The position numbers and the translations under genes were made by a program. Source: Candidatus Eiseniibacteriota bacterium (GTDB lineage Bacteria; Eisenbacteria; RBG-16-71-46). Taken from it: DNA of 64,000 nucleotides. The notes under the pieces were generated by a model that saw nothing but the letters and a program-made list of their open reading frames with translations, was not told the origin of the DNA and ran no database searches. The stretch covers positions 192,001 through 256,000 of the forward strand of contig JBGAML010000002.1 of the NCBI GenBank assembly GCA_044223005.1, written 5' to 3'. Positions 39,331 through 48,904 of the stretch are shown here, in pieces (position 1 is the first letter of the stretch; the number at the start of each line of letters is the position of its first letter).

Positions 39331-40149
39331 GACGATCCTCCGAGAGGGTGTGGGGTGGTCGGGAACCCGGAAGGGCGCACGTCTTTCCTCTATTGCGCGC
39401 GAACCGGCCGAAGACCGTCATTCGATCCCTGAAGGTCGGAAGAAATCCGGCGGCGGAAGAGTCGGCGCGGGCGGACCGCCCCCACGCGAACGCCTCGCGG
39501 ATGGGGCGCGACCGGCCGGCACCGGTCACGGCGCGTCGCCCAGACGCCACGGGAACCGGGCGGAGGGAAGGGCATCCACTCGGCTGGATCGCGCCGGAGC
39601 CCGGTACGGGACCGGGCGCGATCGCCGGACCACGGACGGGCGCCAGGAATAGCGCCGACAGCGCCCGCTAGAGTCGGTCTTCCATCGTCAGCGCGACCCG
39701 TCCTCCCTTGGCTGCCAGTTTTTCCCTGCGGCCGAGCAGTCCTCGCCGGGCCCGGAAATGGCGGCCGCAAATCGCTCTTGAGCGCGCGCGATCACGTGCC
39801 GATCACATTACCCGTTGATCCCAGGGGTGCTTCACCGCTCTCGCGACCGATTGCTCACGCTCGACAACCCGCCGGACCGCCTCCGTCCTGCACTCCGCGG
39901 ATCCACAGACGCCGTTGATCCATCGCCGCCTCCAGACACGACACACTCCTGCCTCGACGACGTGTCCGGACGACCCGGAGAGGCCCAGAACTCCACACCC
40001 TGTGACCGGCCCTGCCGTAGTCCGCACTCGGTTCCATGCGACCGGGTGTGCACCTCAGGGGCGGAACCGGGGACGCGACCACTTCACTCGACGTCGACGC
40101 CGATCCTCGGTCACCCCGGTCGAGCCCCGTTCGACGACAAGGAGACATC

Positions 40150-40851
40150 ATGAAGCGAGTCATCCTCCTGGCACTTCTGATCGCCACGCCTTCCCTCGCC
40201 AACGCCCAGGTCAAGAAGGGCGACCTGCTCCTCGGTACGAGCCTGGGCTCCTTGAGCGGCACCAGCAGCACCTCGAAGACGACGTACAGCAATACCCCGA
40301 CCGAGTACAAGTCGACGGGGAACTCCTTCAGCCTCAGCCTCAACCCGTACGTCGGCTGGTGCGTGCAGGACGATCTGGCGCTCGGCGCGTCGGTCTCGCT
40401 CAGCTACTACCGGAGCAAGTCGGAGAGCTCCAACACCTCGAGCACGACCACCTCGAGCTCCACCTCCACGCAGCCGAGCTTCTACATCGGGCCGTTCGCG
40501 CGTTACTACATGGGTGGCAGCGGGAAGGGCCGGACGTTCGTCCACGTCAACGCCCAGTACGGCTTCTACTCCGGCGACTCGAAGTCCGAGACCTCTACTG
40601 GCGCGAGTTCGAAGACCACGACCAAGCCGAAGTACGACTGGAATGCCGGCGTCGCCCTGGGCTTCGAGGTCTTCCTCTCTTCGTGGGCCGGTGCCTATGG
40701 CTCCTTCGGTGTGAACTACGGCTCGAGCAAGACCACGTACGAGTACCGGCCGTCCACGGGTACCGGGTACGACTACACCAGCGAGTACACCCGGACGTAC
40801 TACCCCCTGAACGTCGGGTTCCAGCTCCACCTGCCGGCGGACCGCAAGTAG
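40150..40851 (+). CDS. outer-membrane beta-barrel protein
   Basis: AAGGAG RBS, signal peptide MKRVILLALL..ANAQ, alternating beta strands, Ser/Thr-rich loops. Confidence 0.8.
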   Translation: MKRVILLALLIATPSLANAQVKKGDLLLGTSLGSLSGTSSTSKTTYSNTPTEYKSTGNSFSLSLNPYVGWCVQDDLALGASVSLSYYRSKSESSNTSSTTTSSSTSTQPSFYIGPFARYYMGGSGKGRTFVHVNAQYGFYSGDSKSETSTGASSKTTTKPKYDWNAGVALGFEVFLSSWAGAYGSFGVNYGSSKTTYEYRPSTGTGYDYTSEYTRTYYPLNVGFQLHLPADRK

Positions 40852-41005
40852 CGGGTGGTGCTCGGAAGATTGCCGGTGAACGGGGCTCGCACCCATGGGG
40901 TGCGGGCCCCGAACCATTGCGCGGGATCTCGAGCCCGAGGGTCGAGACGACCGCCTGCGCGTGCGAAGCTCGCGCGCGCCGGGACCGCATCCCGCGGGGC
41001 GACCC

Positions 41006-41527
41006 TCAGGGCGAGTCGTCTTCGGGCTGAAGCAGCTCGAATCGCACCTTCGCTCTCTGTGAATGGAGCCAGGCCACGAGGTCGGCCCGGGTCATCGCTC
41101 CCGGTACGGCCAGGTAGGCGCAGCCGCGATTCTTTCTCGCGAACATGCCCTCGATGACGATGTCCTTCGACGCGGACGCCGCGTCGAGTGCTTCGAGCGC
41201 CGATCGCAGACTCGCGTTCCGGCCGCTCGGCCGGTAGTCGATCACGGCCACCCAGCGTCCGCCGTCTTCGAGGGTGCGCGTGTCGATCCGGCCGAAGTCG
41301 ACACCGCACCGGTCCCACTCGAACATGCCGTCCGCGTTCGGGTGGACCTCGACGACGTCGCCGTACGTCGGCTTGGGGTGAAGCACCGGAATGTTGACGA
41401 TCCGGACGTATCGAGCCACGGGGTGGAGGATGGTGGCTCCCCGGTCCTCGGCCCATACCGTCTCGGGGTCTTCGCCCTGATTGTGCAGGCGGATCTTCAG
41501 GAGCCGGGTGCGCTCAGGCAGTGACAT
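41006..41527 (-). CDS. hypothetical protein
   Basis: 173 aa of globular-looking composition (ETVWAED...YVRIVNIP...YGDVVEV); GAGG RBS. Confidence 0.6.
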   Translation of the reverse strand: MSLPERTRLLKIRLHNQGEDPETVWAEDRGATILHPVARYVRIVNIPVLHPKPTYGDVVEVHPNADGMFEWDRCGVDFGRIDTRTLEDGGRWVAVIDYRPSGRNASLRSALEALDAASASKDIVIEGMFARKNRGCAYLAVPGAMTRADLVAWLHSQRAKVRFELLQPEDDSP

Positions 41528-41586
41528 CGAATGCCCTCGTCCCGGCGGCGAGTGGGACCGGCACTGTACGGATTGGAACGCTCGAC

Positions 41587-41622
41587 TTCCAATGGGCGTG
41601 GACGACCGGTACCGTCGCGAGG
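41587..41622 (+). repeat. att-like direct repeat copy 5 (diverged)
   Basis: 29/36 identical to copy 1; still encodes FQWAWTTGTVAR. Confidence 0.75.
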
Positions 41623-41670
41623 AGCAGCGCGCGCCGCGCCGCCTCATGGTTCAACCTTCGGAGCGACACC

Positions 41671-42105
41671 ATGAACATCCTGGAACATCTCTTCCTCGAC
41701 GGGGAGTTCGCCGAGCGCTCGCGCCTGCTGTCCGGATTGACGCTCGAGCAAGTGACGCTCTGCCCGGAGGGCGCATCACACTCGATCTACGAAGAGTTGT
41801 GGCACGTCGTGGCATACCAGCAGACGATCGTCGCGGGGGCCGACCCTGCGGGCGACCGGTACCCGCGCACGAAGCCGGAGCACGAACACCAGTGGCACGA
41901 CCTCGTGGGAGTCTTCCTGGAGGGCGCCCGCGCCGCGACGTCGTTCGCGCAGACGCCCGAGCGGTTGTCGCGTGAAGTGGAGCCGGGCGTGACCATGGCC
42001 GACGAGCTCAACTGCGTGGCGATCCACAACGCCTACCACCTCGGCAAGATCGTCGCGCTGCGGCAGCGCATCGGCGCATGGCCGCCCGCCGGATCGAGGG
42101 CCTGA
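41671..42105 (+). CDS. DinB/DUF664-like protein
   Basis: HSIYEELWHV and HNAYHLGKIVALRQRIGAW His motifs. Confidence 0.8.
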   Translation: MNILEHLFLDGEFAERSRLLSGLTLEQVTLCPEGASHSIYEELWHVVAYQQTIVAGADPAGDRYPRTKPEHEHQWHDLVGVFLEGARAATSFAQTPERLSREVEPGVTMADELNCVAIHNAYHLGKIVALRQRIGAWPPAGSRA

Positions 42106-42109
42106 GACT

Positions 42110-42409
42110 CGGCGTGCTCCGCGAGTTCGGCGCGGTGCACACCGCGAGCCCGTCGTCGGGCCACAGCGGGCTCACCGCGCCCGACCCGAGGACGCGTTGC
42201 GCGTAGACGTTCCGACCGCCTGTCCGCCGGTCGTACCAGGCGACGATGCCCCCACCCGTCCCGTCCGGGGCGACGACGGGAGCGGAGTGCGCGGGTGGCG
42301 CCTGGCAGACCGGGAGATTGACCGTCGGGTCCGAAGGCCACGTGGCGAGTGCCGGCCGGGCGAGGAGATTCGGGACGAGCAGGACGAGCGCGAGCTCTGA
42401 GCGCTTCAT
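42110..42409 (-). pseudogene. truncated secreted repeat protein (N-terminal fragment)
   Basis: GGAGG RBS, signal peptide, WPSDPTVNLPVC..DGTGGGIVAWYDRR..VYAQRV; similarity is lost where it meets the convergent DinB-like gene; end approximate. Confidence 0.5.
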
Positions 42410-42532
42410 GGGACCTCCGGGTCGAGCGCGGAGGTCGGGCGACCCCGCTGCCGAGGAACGCGGCAGCGGGGTGGGGATCACACGAAAGTCGCAGGTCCCG
42501 AGCGGGCGGGACTTCAAGGGCTCGGTCGCGCG

Positions 42533-43876
42533 CTACGCCGCGCCGGCGCTCGGCCCCGTCGGCTCCATCTGCCGCTGCTTCCGGCCGAGCCAGATCGCGA
42601 GCGCGACGGACACGCCGGCCACCGGTGCGACCACGAACGCGATGCCGGAGAGGCCCAGGCCGAGTGCGGCCAGTCCGGCGTACCCCCACACCGTGAGCTG
42701 GTCGCTGAAGCGGTAGACGAACGTCTCGATGAAGTTCTTGGCCTTGTACTTGTCCTCGCGGCTCACGACGGTGAACAGCGTCTCCATCGCCGGATTCATC
42801 AGCGAGAAGTTGGCCGCGCGCCGGCAGACCGTCAGTACCGCCAGGGTCTGGAACACGGGGTAGAGCCCGAGGGCGCCGAAGCCGAGCATGGTCAGGACCG
42901 GGACGATCGCGAGCGTCGCCGCGAGCCCGATCCACTTGGTGATGCGGCCGGTCAGGAAGAACTGCGTGAACAGCGTCAGCGTCTGCGCCGCGAACTCGAG
43001 CTGGGCGAGCACCGTCGTCCGCGCCTCGCGCGTGGGGTAGAGGCGGCCGACGAGGTCCGTCTGCTCGGCGTACAGCACCGTCGAGCCGAGGATGTAGAAA
43101 GTGAGGAAGGCCGCGATCGCCAGCAGGTACGGCGACTGCAGCAGCCGCGTGAGACCGGCCCACGCGCTGCCCCCGATCCGGTCGTCGGAATCCCGCTCCC
43201 GCGCGACCTGCGGAGCGTCGACGACGGCGCGCTTCGGGAATCGCGTGACGACGAGCACCGCGATCTCGAGCAGTACGGCCGAGACGAGGAGCAGGTTCCG
43301 CGTGCCGAGGGTCTTGGCCATCGCCGCGGTGAACGCCGACCCGCAGATCGATCCGAGCGTGCCGCCGACGCCGATGAAGCCGAACAGCCGCTTGGCCTGG
43401 TCGCTCGTGAACGCATCCGCCATGAACGACCAGAAGATCGAGATGACGAAGAAGTTGAAGACGCTCGTCCAGACGTAGAACGAGCGTCCCATCCAGAGAT
43501 CGAACGTCGAGCCCCCACCGGACGCGCGCATGAGGACGTAGAACACCAGCAGGTTGGCGACGAAGAAGTGGTACGTCAGCCCGATGAACGTGCGCACGCG
43601 GAAGCGCGCGACGAGCGTGCCGAAGAACGGATTGAAGAGCAGCGTCGCGCCGAGCGTGCCCAGGAACAGGTAGGGCAGCTTCCGCACGCCGGCCGCCGCA
43701 GCGATCTCGTCGCGAATCGGGCGCAGCACGAACCACGCGCTCATCACGAAGAAGAAGTAGAGGAACGAGAGCAGCAGCGACTTGAGCTCCGGCGAGCGCA
43801 CGTCGACGAGGAGCCGGAGACTTCCCAGCACACGGCCGCCCGGACGCGGGTCCGGGGCTCGGGGGACGGTCGTCAC
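42533..43876 (-). CDS. MFS transporter, Npt/TLC nucleotide-translocase-like
   Basis: VLRPIRDE, FWSFMADAFTSDQAKRLFGFI, ETLFTVVSREDKYKAKNFIETFVYR. Confidence 0.8.
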   Translation of the reverse strand: MTTVPRAPDPRPGGRVLGSLRLLVDVRSPELKSLLLSFLYFFFVMSAWFVLRPIRDEIAAAAGVRKLPYLFLGTLGATLLFNPFFGTLVARFRVRTFIGLTYHFFVANLLVFYVLMRASGGGSTFDLWMGRSFYVWTSVFNFFVISIFWSFMADAFTSDQAKRLFGFIGVGGTLGSICGSAFTAAMAKTLGTRNLLLVSAVLLEIAVLVVTRFPKRAVVDAPQVARERDSDDRIGGSAWAGLTRLLQSPYLLAIAAFLTFYILGSTVLYAEQTDLVGRLYPTREARTTVLAQLEFAAQTLTLFTQFFLTGRITKWIGLAATLAIVPVLTMLGFGALGLYPVFQTLAVLTVCRRAANFSLMNPAMETLFTVVSREDKYKAKNFIETFVYRFSDQLTVWGYAGLAALGLGLSGIAFVVAPVAGVSVALAIWLGRKQRQMEPTGPSAGAA

Positions 43877-45067
43877 TTAGGGCTTTCGCGCCTTCCAGGC
43901 GGCGAGGACTTCCGCTTCACGCGCGGGCGAGAGGCCGTTGTACTTGCCGTCGAGCATCGCCTGCCGGGCTTCCGGCGAGCGCGCCTTGTGCCACTCGAGC
44001 GTGTCGAGCGCGGTCACCGCCAGCGGCCGGAACGTCATGCCCTTCGCGACGGCCCGGGCATTCGAGCGCAAATGGAATCCGGCGGCACCTTCGCCGCGTG
44101 GGTTGACCCAGACCGGCATGTCCTTCCACTCCTCGATGCCGTGTTGCTTGAGGAACTCGCCGTCCATCCATGCGAACTGGGCGTTCGCCGTGGTCACCGC
44201 CTTGATGCCGTAGAGCATCTCGGCGATCGAGAGCGGCCCCGCCGGCCCGATCGCGTTGAAGACGCCGGCTTCACGCTGCTCCACCGCGTGGATGCTGAAC
44301 TGCGCGAGATCGCGCGCGTCGATGAACTGCACGGGATCGGTCGGATTGCCGGGCGCCACCACTTCGCCGCCGCGATCGATGCGGGCCGGCCAGTACGTGA
44401 AGCGATCGGAAGGATCGAGCGGGCCGACGATCAAGCCGGGGCGAATGATGGTCGAGACCGGATACGTCTCCTGCACGAGGCGCTCGCTGAACGCCTTGTA
44501 GGGCCCATACTGCTGCATGCGCATCGCCGGGTCCGTCGAGAAGGGGTCGACGTCCTTGGGCATCGGCATCGTCGCGTCGGTCTCGTCCATGCCGGGCTTG
44601 CTGTTGTCGGCGTAGACCGAAATCGTCGAGATGAACACGTACTGGCCGACGTGACCTTTCAGGTACTGCGCGACGTTGCGCACCCAGAACGGCGCCGTCG
44701 TCGGGATGTCGATCACGGCGTCGAACGTGCGACCCTTCAGCACGCTGACGTCGGCGTTCAGGTCGCCGACCAGCTGGTCGATGCGGCCCTTGAAGAGGTC
44801 GGGCCGCCGCTTGTTGCGGTTGAGGAGCGTGACCTTGTGCCCGCGCGCGAGCGCGTACTCGACGTGCTCGGGCCCGGTGAATCCGGTGCCGCCGATGATG
44901 AGGAGGTTGAGCGGCTTGTCGGCCTTGGTCGTCGTGAAGGCCTGGAGGCCCGGCAGGGCCGCCGGTCGGGACGTCGCCGGCTCGGCGCCCAGCGCCGGCA
45001 GAGGGAGCGCACTCGCGGCGGAGGCCGCGGCGGTTGCTTTCAGGAACTGCCTGCGGGTGATTTTCAT
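43877..45067 (-). CDS. Tat-exported NAD-dependent epimerase/dehydratase family protein
   Basis: TRRQFLK twin-arginine signal, IIGGTGFTG, YGPYK, RPGLIVGP. Confidence 0.85.
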   Translation of the reverse strand: MKITRRQFLKATAAASAASALPLPALGAEPATSRPAALPGLQAFTTTKADKPLNLLIIGGTGFTGPEHVEYALARGHKVTLLNRNKRRPDLFKGRIDQLVGDLNADVSVLKGRTFDAVIDIPTTAPFWVRNVAQYLKGHVGQYVFISTISVYADNSKPGMDETDATMPMPKDVDPFSTDPAMRMQQYGPYKAFSERLVQETYPVSTIIRPGLIVGPLDPSDRFTYWPARIDRGGEVVAPGNPTDPVQFIDARDLAQFSIHAVEQREAGVFNAIGPAGPLSIAEMLYGIKAVTTANAQFAWMDGEFLKQHGIEEWKDMPVWVNPRGEGAAGFHLRSNARAVAKGMTFRPLAVTALDTLEWHKARSPEARQAMLDGKYNGLSPAREAEVLAAWKARKP

Positions 45068-45191
45068 GCCGTGATTGTGGCTACCCGGCCCGCGAAGTCG
45101 ATACGGCCCCGACGAGCGCCGCTCACGTGCGGGCGAGCGCGACTCGCTGCCGACCGGCGCGCCGAGTCCCCGCTCGCCGCCCGGCGCGAGA

Positions 45192-45764
45192 TCACCGATA
45201 CGCGCTCTTGAGCGCTCCCCACGTCCGGCGCAGTGTCGGCACGGGGATGTCCGCGTCGAAGATGAGCGTGGCTTCGGTCACGGTGAGCGAAGGCATGTTC
45301 AGGTCGACGCAATCGAGCAAGGTCCCCACCGGGCTGCCGTACAACGTGATCATTCCCTCGCCGTCGGCGAGGAAGTTCCAGTTCGCCGGTACCTGCGAGA
45401 ACGAGATGTAGACGAACGGCGTGATCGTCTCGAAATCTCCCGCGACGGACGGGTTCATGGCTTCGCTGATCCAGTAGTCGTGCGGTCCGGCGTCCAGTTG
45501 GCCCTCGGTACGCGTCGGCCAGGGATGATCCCCATTCGTGCACTGGATGACTCCGACCTCGGTCGTGCCACGAACGCGCAACGACGCTCCGACGATGCCC
45601 GCGGGAATCCCGGGGAGGTGGAAGGTGGCCACTCTCGCGTAGGGCCCCTGGAGTCCGCCGTAGGTCCCGACCAACTCCGGCAGCGGGACTTCGAACACGG
45701 TGGCGTGCGCGGGAATGGACACCAGAAGAAGCAGGGCGGCGAGCGAAACGGTGGGGAATCGCAT
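45192..45764 (-). CDS. secreted hypothetical protein with C-terminal 'TWGALKSAYR' motif
   Basis: GGAGG RBS, signal peptide MRFPTVSLAALLLL..AHA. Confidence 0.7.
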   Translation of the reverse strand: MRFPTVSLAALLLLVSIPAHATVFEVPLPELVGTYGGLQGPYARVATFHLPGIPAGIVGASLRVRGTTEVGVIQCTNGDHPWPTRTEGQLDAGPHDYWISEAMNPSVAGDFETITPFVYISFSQVPANWNFLADGEGMITLYGSPVGTLLDCVDLNMPSLTVTEATLIFDADIPVPTLRRTWGALKSAYR

Positions 45765-46134
45765 GGCGGCCTCCACGTCGGGATCGCCGGACAGGGGATC
45801 TCCGGGCGACGACGCGTCGAGTGTAGCACCGCGCCGGGTGGCCGAGCGGCGCGTGCGGCCCGGGGGCCGTGGGTGACGAGGCCGGCGCAGGCCTGCTACG
45901 CCGCCGGGAGCGCGGTCGACATCGACTGCACCAGGAGCCCGCTCCAGTTCAGCACGCTCTACTTCTTCTCGTGGACGGGTTCGGGCGCCGGCTGGTACAC
46001 GGGCCCGCGTGCGCTCGCGTTGAGGCCGGCCGCGGCGATCGCCGCGAATGCGCGACGCCCCGGGAGCACCGCGCTCCCGGGGCGTCGTTCGTGCGCGTCT
46101 TCGCTGCAGCGGATTTCGTCGGCGAATGACCGCC

Positions 46135-46923
46135 CTACCGCAGGACCTCCACATCCATCGCGCCCCAGTTGGTGCTGCAGCCCCAGACCGCCGTGTTGGG
46201 ATCCACCACCAGGTTGAGCGTGTGCAGCCCCGCTGACAGGTTGCCGCTCCAGTGGAGGCTCGCCGTCGCCCACTGCGCTCCATCGGCGCCCGGAGTGTAG
46301 GTCGTCGCGTACATCGCCGGCGAGCCATCGATCGAGAGCTGCAGATCCCTCCGGCCCGTGGAGTAGCGCGCCATCGTGACGTGCACCGTCACGGGCGCGG
46401 CGATGCCGAGGTTGAGCGCCTGCGACATGATCACGCCGTTCGCGGGAGCGGGCGGAGGACAACCTCCACGCGTGTCGGCGAAGTGGAAGACGGAGGGCCC
46501 GCCCAGCGTCAGGACGCGCGCGGTGTCGGCCATGCCCGCGTGGAAGGCGTAGGGCACCGTGGCGATGGCGCGGCGCGGCGCCAGCGTGGTGTCGTCGATC
46601 GCGGTTTCGATCCAGAGCGGGTTGCCGTCGAACACGCCGGGCGGGATGGGGGTGACCGATCCCATCAGGATCGAGCACGCGCCGGCGGTGATCGGGACCG
46701 CGAGCTGCGTCTCCTGCCACACCGGCGAACCGCCGGACGCCGCGGTGAACAGGCCGAGCTGGATCTTGTGCGAGCCTTCGAGCGGCACGCCCGAAGAGCT
46801 CGTCACGTATGCGTGGTACTCGATCGTCTTGGGCGGCGTCGCCGCCTGCGCACCTCGCACGCCGAGAGCCAGGAACGCGAACGCGAAGAGCGCGGACACG
46901 GAACGCAGGATTCGGATCGTCAC
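46135..46923 (-). CDS. secreted hypothetical protein
   Basis: signal peptide; IEYHAYVT..G.PLEG..LF.AASGG..VWQE..LAPRRAIATVPYAFHA N-terminal domain of the kind seen in collagen/fibre-like surface proteins. Confidence 0.7.
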   Translation of the reverse strand: MTIRILRSVSALFAFAFLALGVRGAQAATPPKTIEYHAYVTSSSGVPLEGSHKIQLGLFTAASGGSPVWQETQLAVPITAGACSILMGSVTPIPPGVFDGNPLWIETAIDDTTLAPRRAIATVPYAFHAGMADTARVLTLGGPSVFHFADTRGGCPPPAPANGVIMSQALNLGIAAPVTVHVTMARYSTGRRDLQLSIDGSPAMYATTYTPGADGAQWATASLHWSGNLSAGLHTLNLVVDPNTAVWGCSTNWGAMDVEVLR

Positions 46924-46946
46924 GTTACCTCCGGGTTCGGGAACGG

Positions 46947-47525
46947 TCAGCGAACGAGGGTCAGGCGGCGGACGATCGCGTTCTCACCGTCCTGGAATCG
47001 GCAGAGGTAGAGCCCCGCGGGCGCGAGCGCACCGCTCCCGTCGCGCGCGTCCCACGTCACGTCGTGGGCGCCGGAGGGCAGGACGCCGTCGACGAGCCGG
47101 CGCACGAGCCGCCCCGAGACGTCGAACAGTTCGAGCCGCACGCGTCCCGTTTCGGAACCCTGCGCCGAACTCGTGAAGCGCACCACGATCCGGTCCGCGA
47201 ACGGGTTCGGGTACGCGGCGAACGCGAGCCCGCCGGCATGCGGAATGCCGGGGCCGACGTCGAGCACCGCGATCGTCGGGCGCTGGAGCCATTGCGCGAA
47301 TGCGCGTATCGAGCCGCCTTCGAGCAGCCCGGCTCCGGGCTGGCCGAGGGCGAACGTGGCGCGCATCGCTCCACCCGTGCAGTCGCCGCCACCGGCGGAG
47401 AGGCCCTGCCCGGGGACGAGCGGCGCCGCGTGGCTCGGGAAGGGAAACGCCAGCGTCAGCAGCAGGGCCGGCACGCACACGCGGAGGGCGGGCAGACGTG
47501 ACGGGCGATGGTTCGGGAGCGGCAT
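46947..47525 (-). CDS. small secreted protein with FlgD-Ig/T9SS-like C-terminal domain
   Basis: AYPNPF...LELFDVSGRLVRRL...VTWDARD..G...PAGLYLCR. Confidence 0.75.
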   Translation of the reverse strand: MPLPNHRPSRLPALRVCVPALLLTLAFPFPSHAAPLVPGQGLSAGGGDCTGGAMRATFALGQPGAGLLEGGSIRAFAQWLQRPTIAVLDVGPGIPHAGGLAFAAYPNPFADRIVVRFTSSAQGSETGRVRLELFDVSGRLVRRLVDGVLPSGAHDVTWDARDGSGALAPAGLYLCRFQDGENAIVRRLTLVR

Positions 47526-47929
47526 GGAGCGGCCTCCGAGGGCTCGAGCACGACAGGTGCAGGCGGCAGCGACGAGCCATCGAGTATACGAGGCCGGCCC
47601 GGCCCCTCCGCACGGGAAAATCGTAGCGGGTGTTCGAACACGCGGTGTGTCGTGGCGCGGGGACGGACCTTCGGAGAGGCCGGCGCTCGTTCTCTCCGCC
47701 GGTCTCGAGGAGCCGGGCGAGAAACGGCAACCTGTCCGTGGCTCGCGGTGCCCACTCGCCGGGGCTCCGGCCGCCGTGGGCGCGCGGCGCGGATCCCAGC
47801 GCGCGGGCGCCGAGCGGTGGCACCGCGCGGAAGGGATTTGCGCACTCGTGACCCGGGCCTCCTGCCCGCATGCGAACGTCCCCTTCCGCCACGATGTCCG
47901 CCGCCTCGACCCCACCCGGGAGTGATCGC

Positions 47930-48904
47930 ATGCGCCTTCGCGCCGCCGCAGTCGTCACACTCGTACTCGTCGTTCAGGTCTCGTACGCGCAGGCGCCGTC
48001 GGCGCCGTCGCCTCCGGCCGCCACGGCGCCGGCTCCCGCGCCGGCACCCGCCGCGCCCGCTTCTCCCGTCGCGTCGATCCGCAACAAGCTCTCCGCGGGC
48101 GACCTGCGCTCGGCGGAGTCGATCGCCGAGGTCTGGCGTTCGCAGCATGGCGCCGACGGCCCGTGGCTCGTGGGCTACTCGTGGCTCGCGCGCGGTGCGC
48201 AGCTCATGGGGGAGCCGGCGAAGGCGCACCTGTACGCGGACTCCACGCTCCGGTACTGCGACCAACGGCTCGCCGCCGGCGCGAAGCTCGCCGACGACGG
48301 CGATCTCGAGTACGCGCTGGGTTCGGCGATCGAAGTCGAGGCGCAGCAGCTGGGTGCGGCCCGGGGCGCGGCGTTCCTGCGGGCGCAGCTCGCGCGCTTC
48401 GCCGATGCGCCGACGGGCTTTCGCGCGCGGCTCCAAAAGCGCCTGGCCATGCTCACGTGGACCGGCACTCCCGCTCCGGAGCTCCGGCCCGAGTCCCAGG
48501 TGCGCGGGGATCACACGTCGCTCGCGTCGCTCCGCGGCAAGCCGGTCGTCGTCTACCTCTACTCGTCCACCTGTGGCGATTGCCGCGCCAGTGCAACGAC
48601 GCTGGAGCGCGTGCGCGCCCGATGGGCCGATCGCGGCGTGCAGTGGGTGGCACTCACGCGGTGGTACGGCGACGAATCCGAACGCGTGCGCGAACACACC
48701 GTCGTCGACAGCGTCTGGACCGCCACCTACCACGATCTCGGCGGCACTCCGGTGGTGGTGAGCCGGGAGTCGGTGATCCAGTACGGCGGTTCGAGTACGC
48801 CCACGTTCGTGTTCATCGACCGCAAGGGCATCGTGCGCGGCTACACCCCGACCCGGCTGACCGAAGCCGAGTTCGACCGCGAGATCGCGCGCATCGTCCG
48901 CTGA
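47930..48904 (+). CDS. TlpA-family thiol-disulfide oxidoreductase
   Basis: signal peptide; GTPAPEL..SLASLRGKPVVV...CGDC..TPTFVFIDRKGIVR. Confidence 0.8.
   Translation: MRLRAAAVVTLVLVVQVSYAQAPSAPSPPAATAPAPAPAPAAPASPVASIRNKLSAGDLRSAESIAEVWRSQHGADGPWLVGYSWLARGAQLMGEPAKAHLYADSTLRYCDQRLAAGAKLADDGDLEYALGSAIEVEAQQLGAARGAAFLRAQLARFADAPTGFRARLQKRLAMLTWTGTPAPELRPESQVRGDHTSLASLRGKPVVVYLYSSTCGDCRASATTLERVRARWADRGVQWVALTRWYGDESERVREHTVVDSVWTATYHDLGGTPVVVSRESVIQYGGSSTPTFVFIDRKGIVRGYTPTRLTEAEFDREIARIVR

Larger units (their letters stand above)
6176..41622. mobile_element. tandem array of four genomic islands/cassettes integrated at the HI0933 3' end; no integrase in window
   Basis: five direct copies of the gene's 3' block bound modules ~6212-9554, 9591-11953, 11990-38080 and 38117-41586; accessory cargo, pseudogenes and a duplicated gene lie inside. 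Confidence 0.75.

Noticed and set aside
39480..40140. Long intergenic stretch as an ncRNA or integrase remnant
   Set aside because: No recognisable RNA motif or recombinase residues in any frame by eye; BLASTX or cmscan would be needed
6176..41622. The 36-bp repeats as a CRISPR array
   Set aside because: Spacing is kilobases and irregular, the repeat is protein-coding sequence, and no cas genes are present
6176..41622. The repeats as classical integron attC sites
   Set aside because: No RYYYAAC...GTTRRRY ends or attC-like palindromic fold are evident, there is no intI, and the modules are multi-gene with mixed orientation
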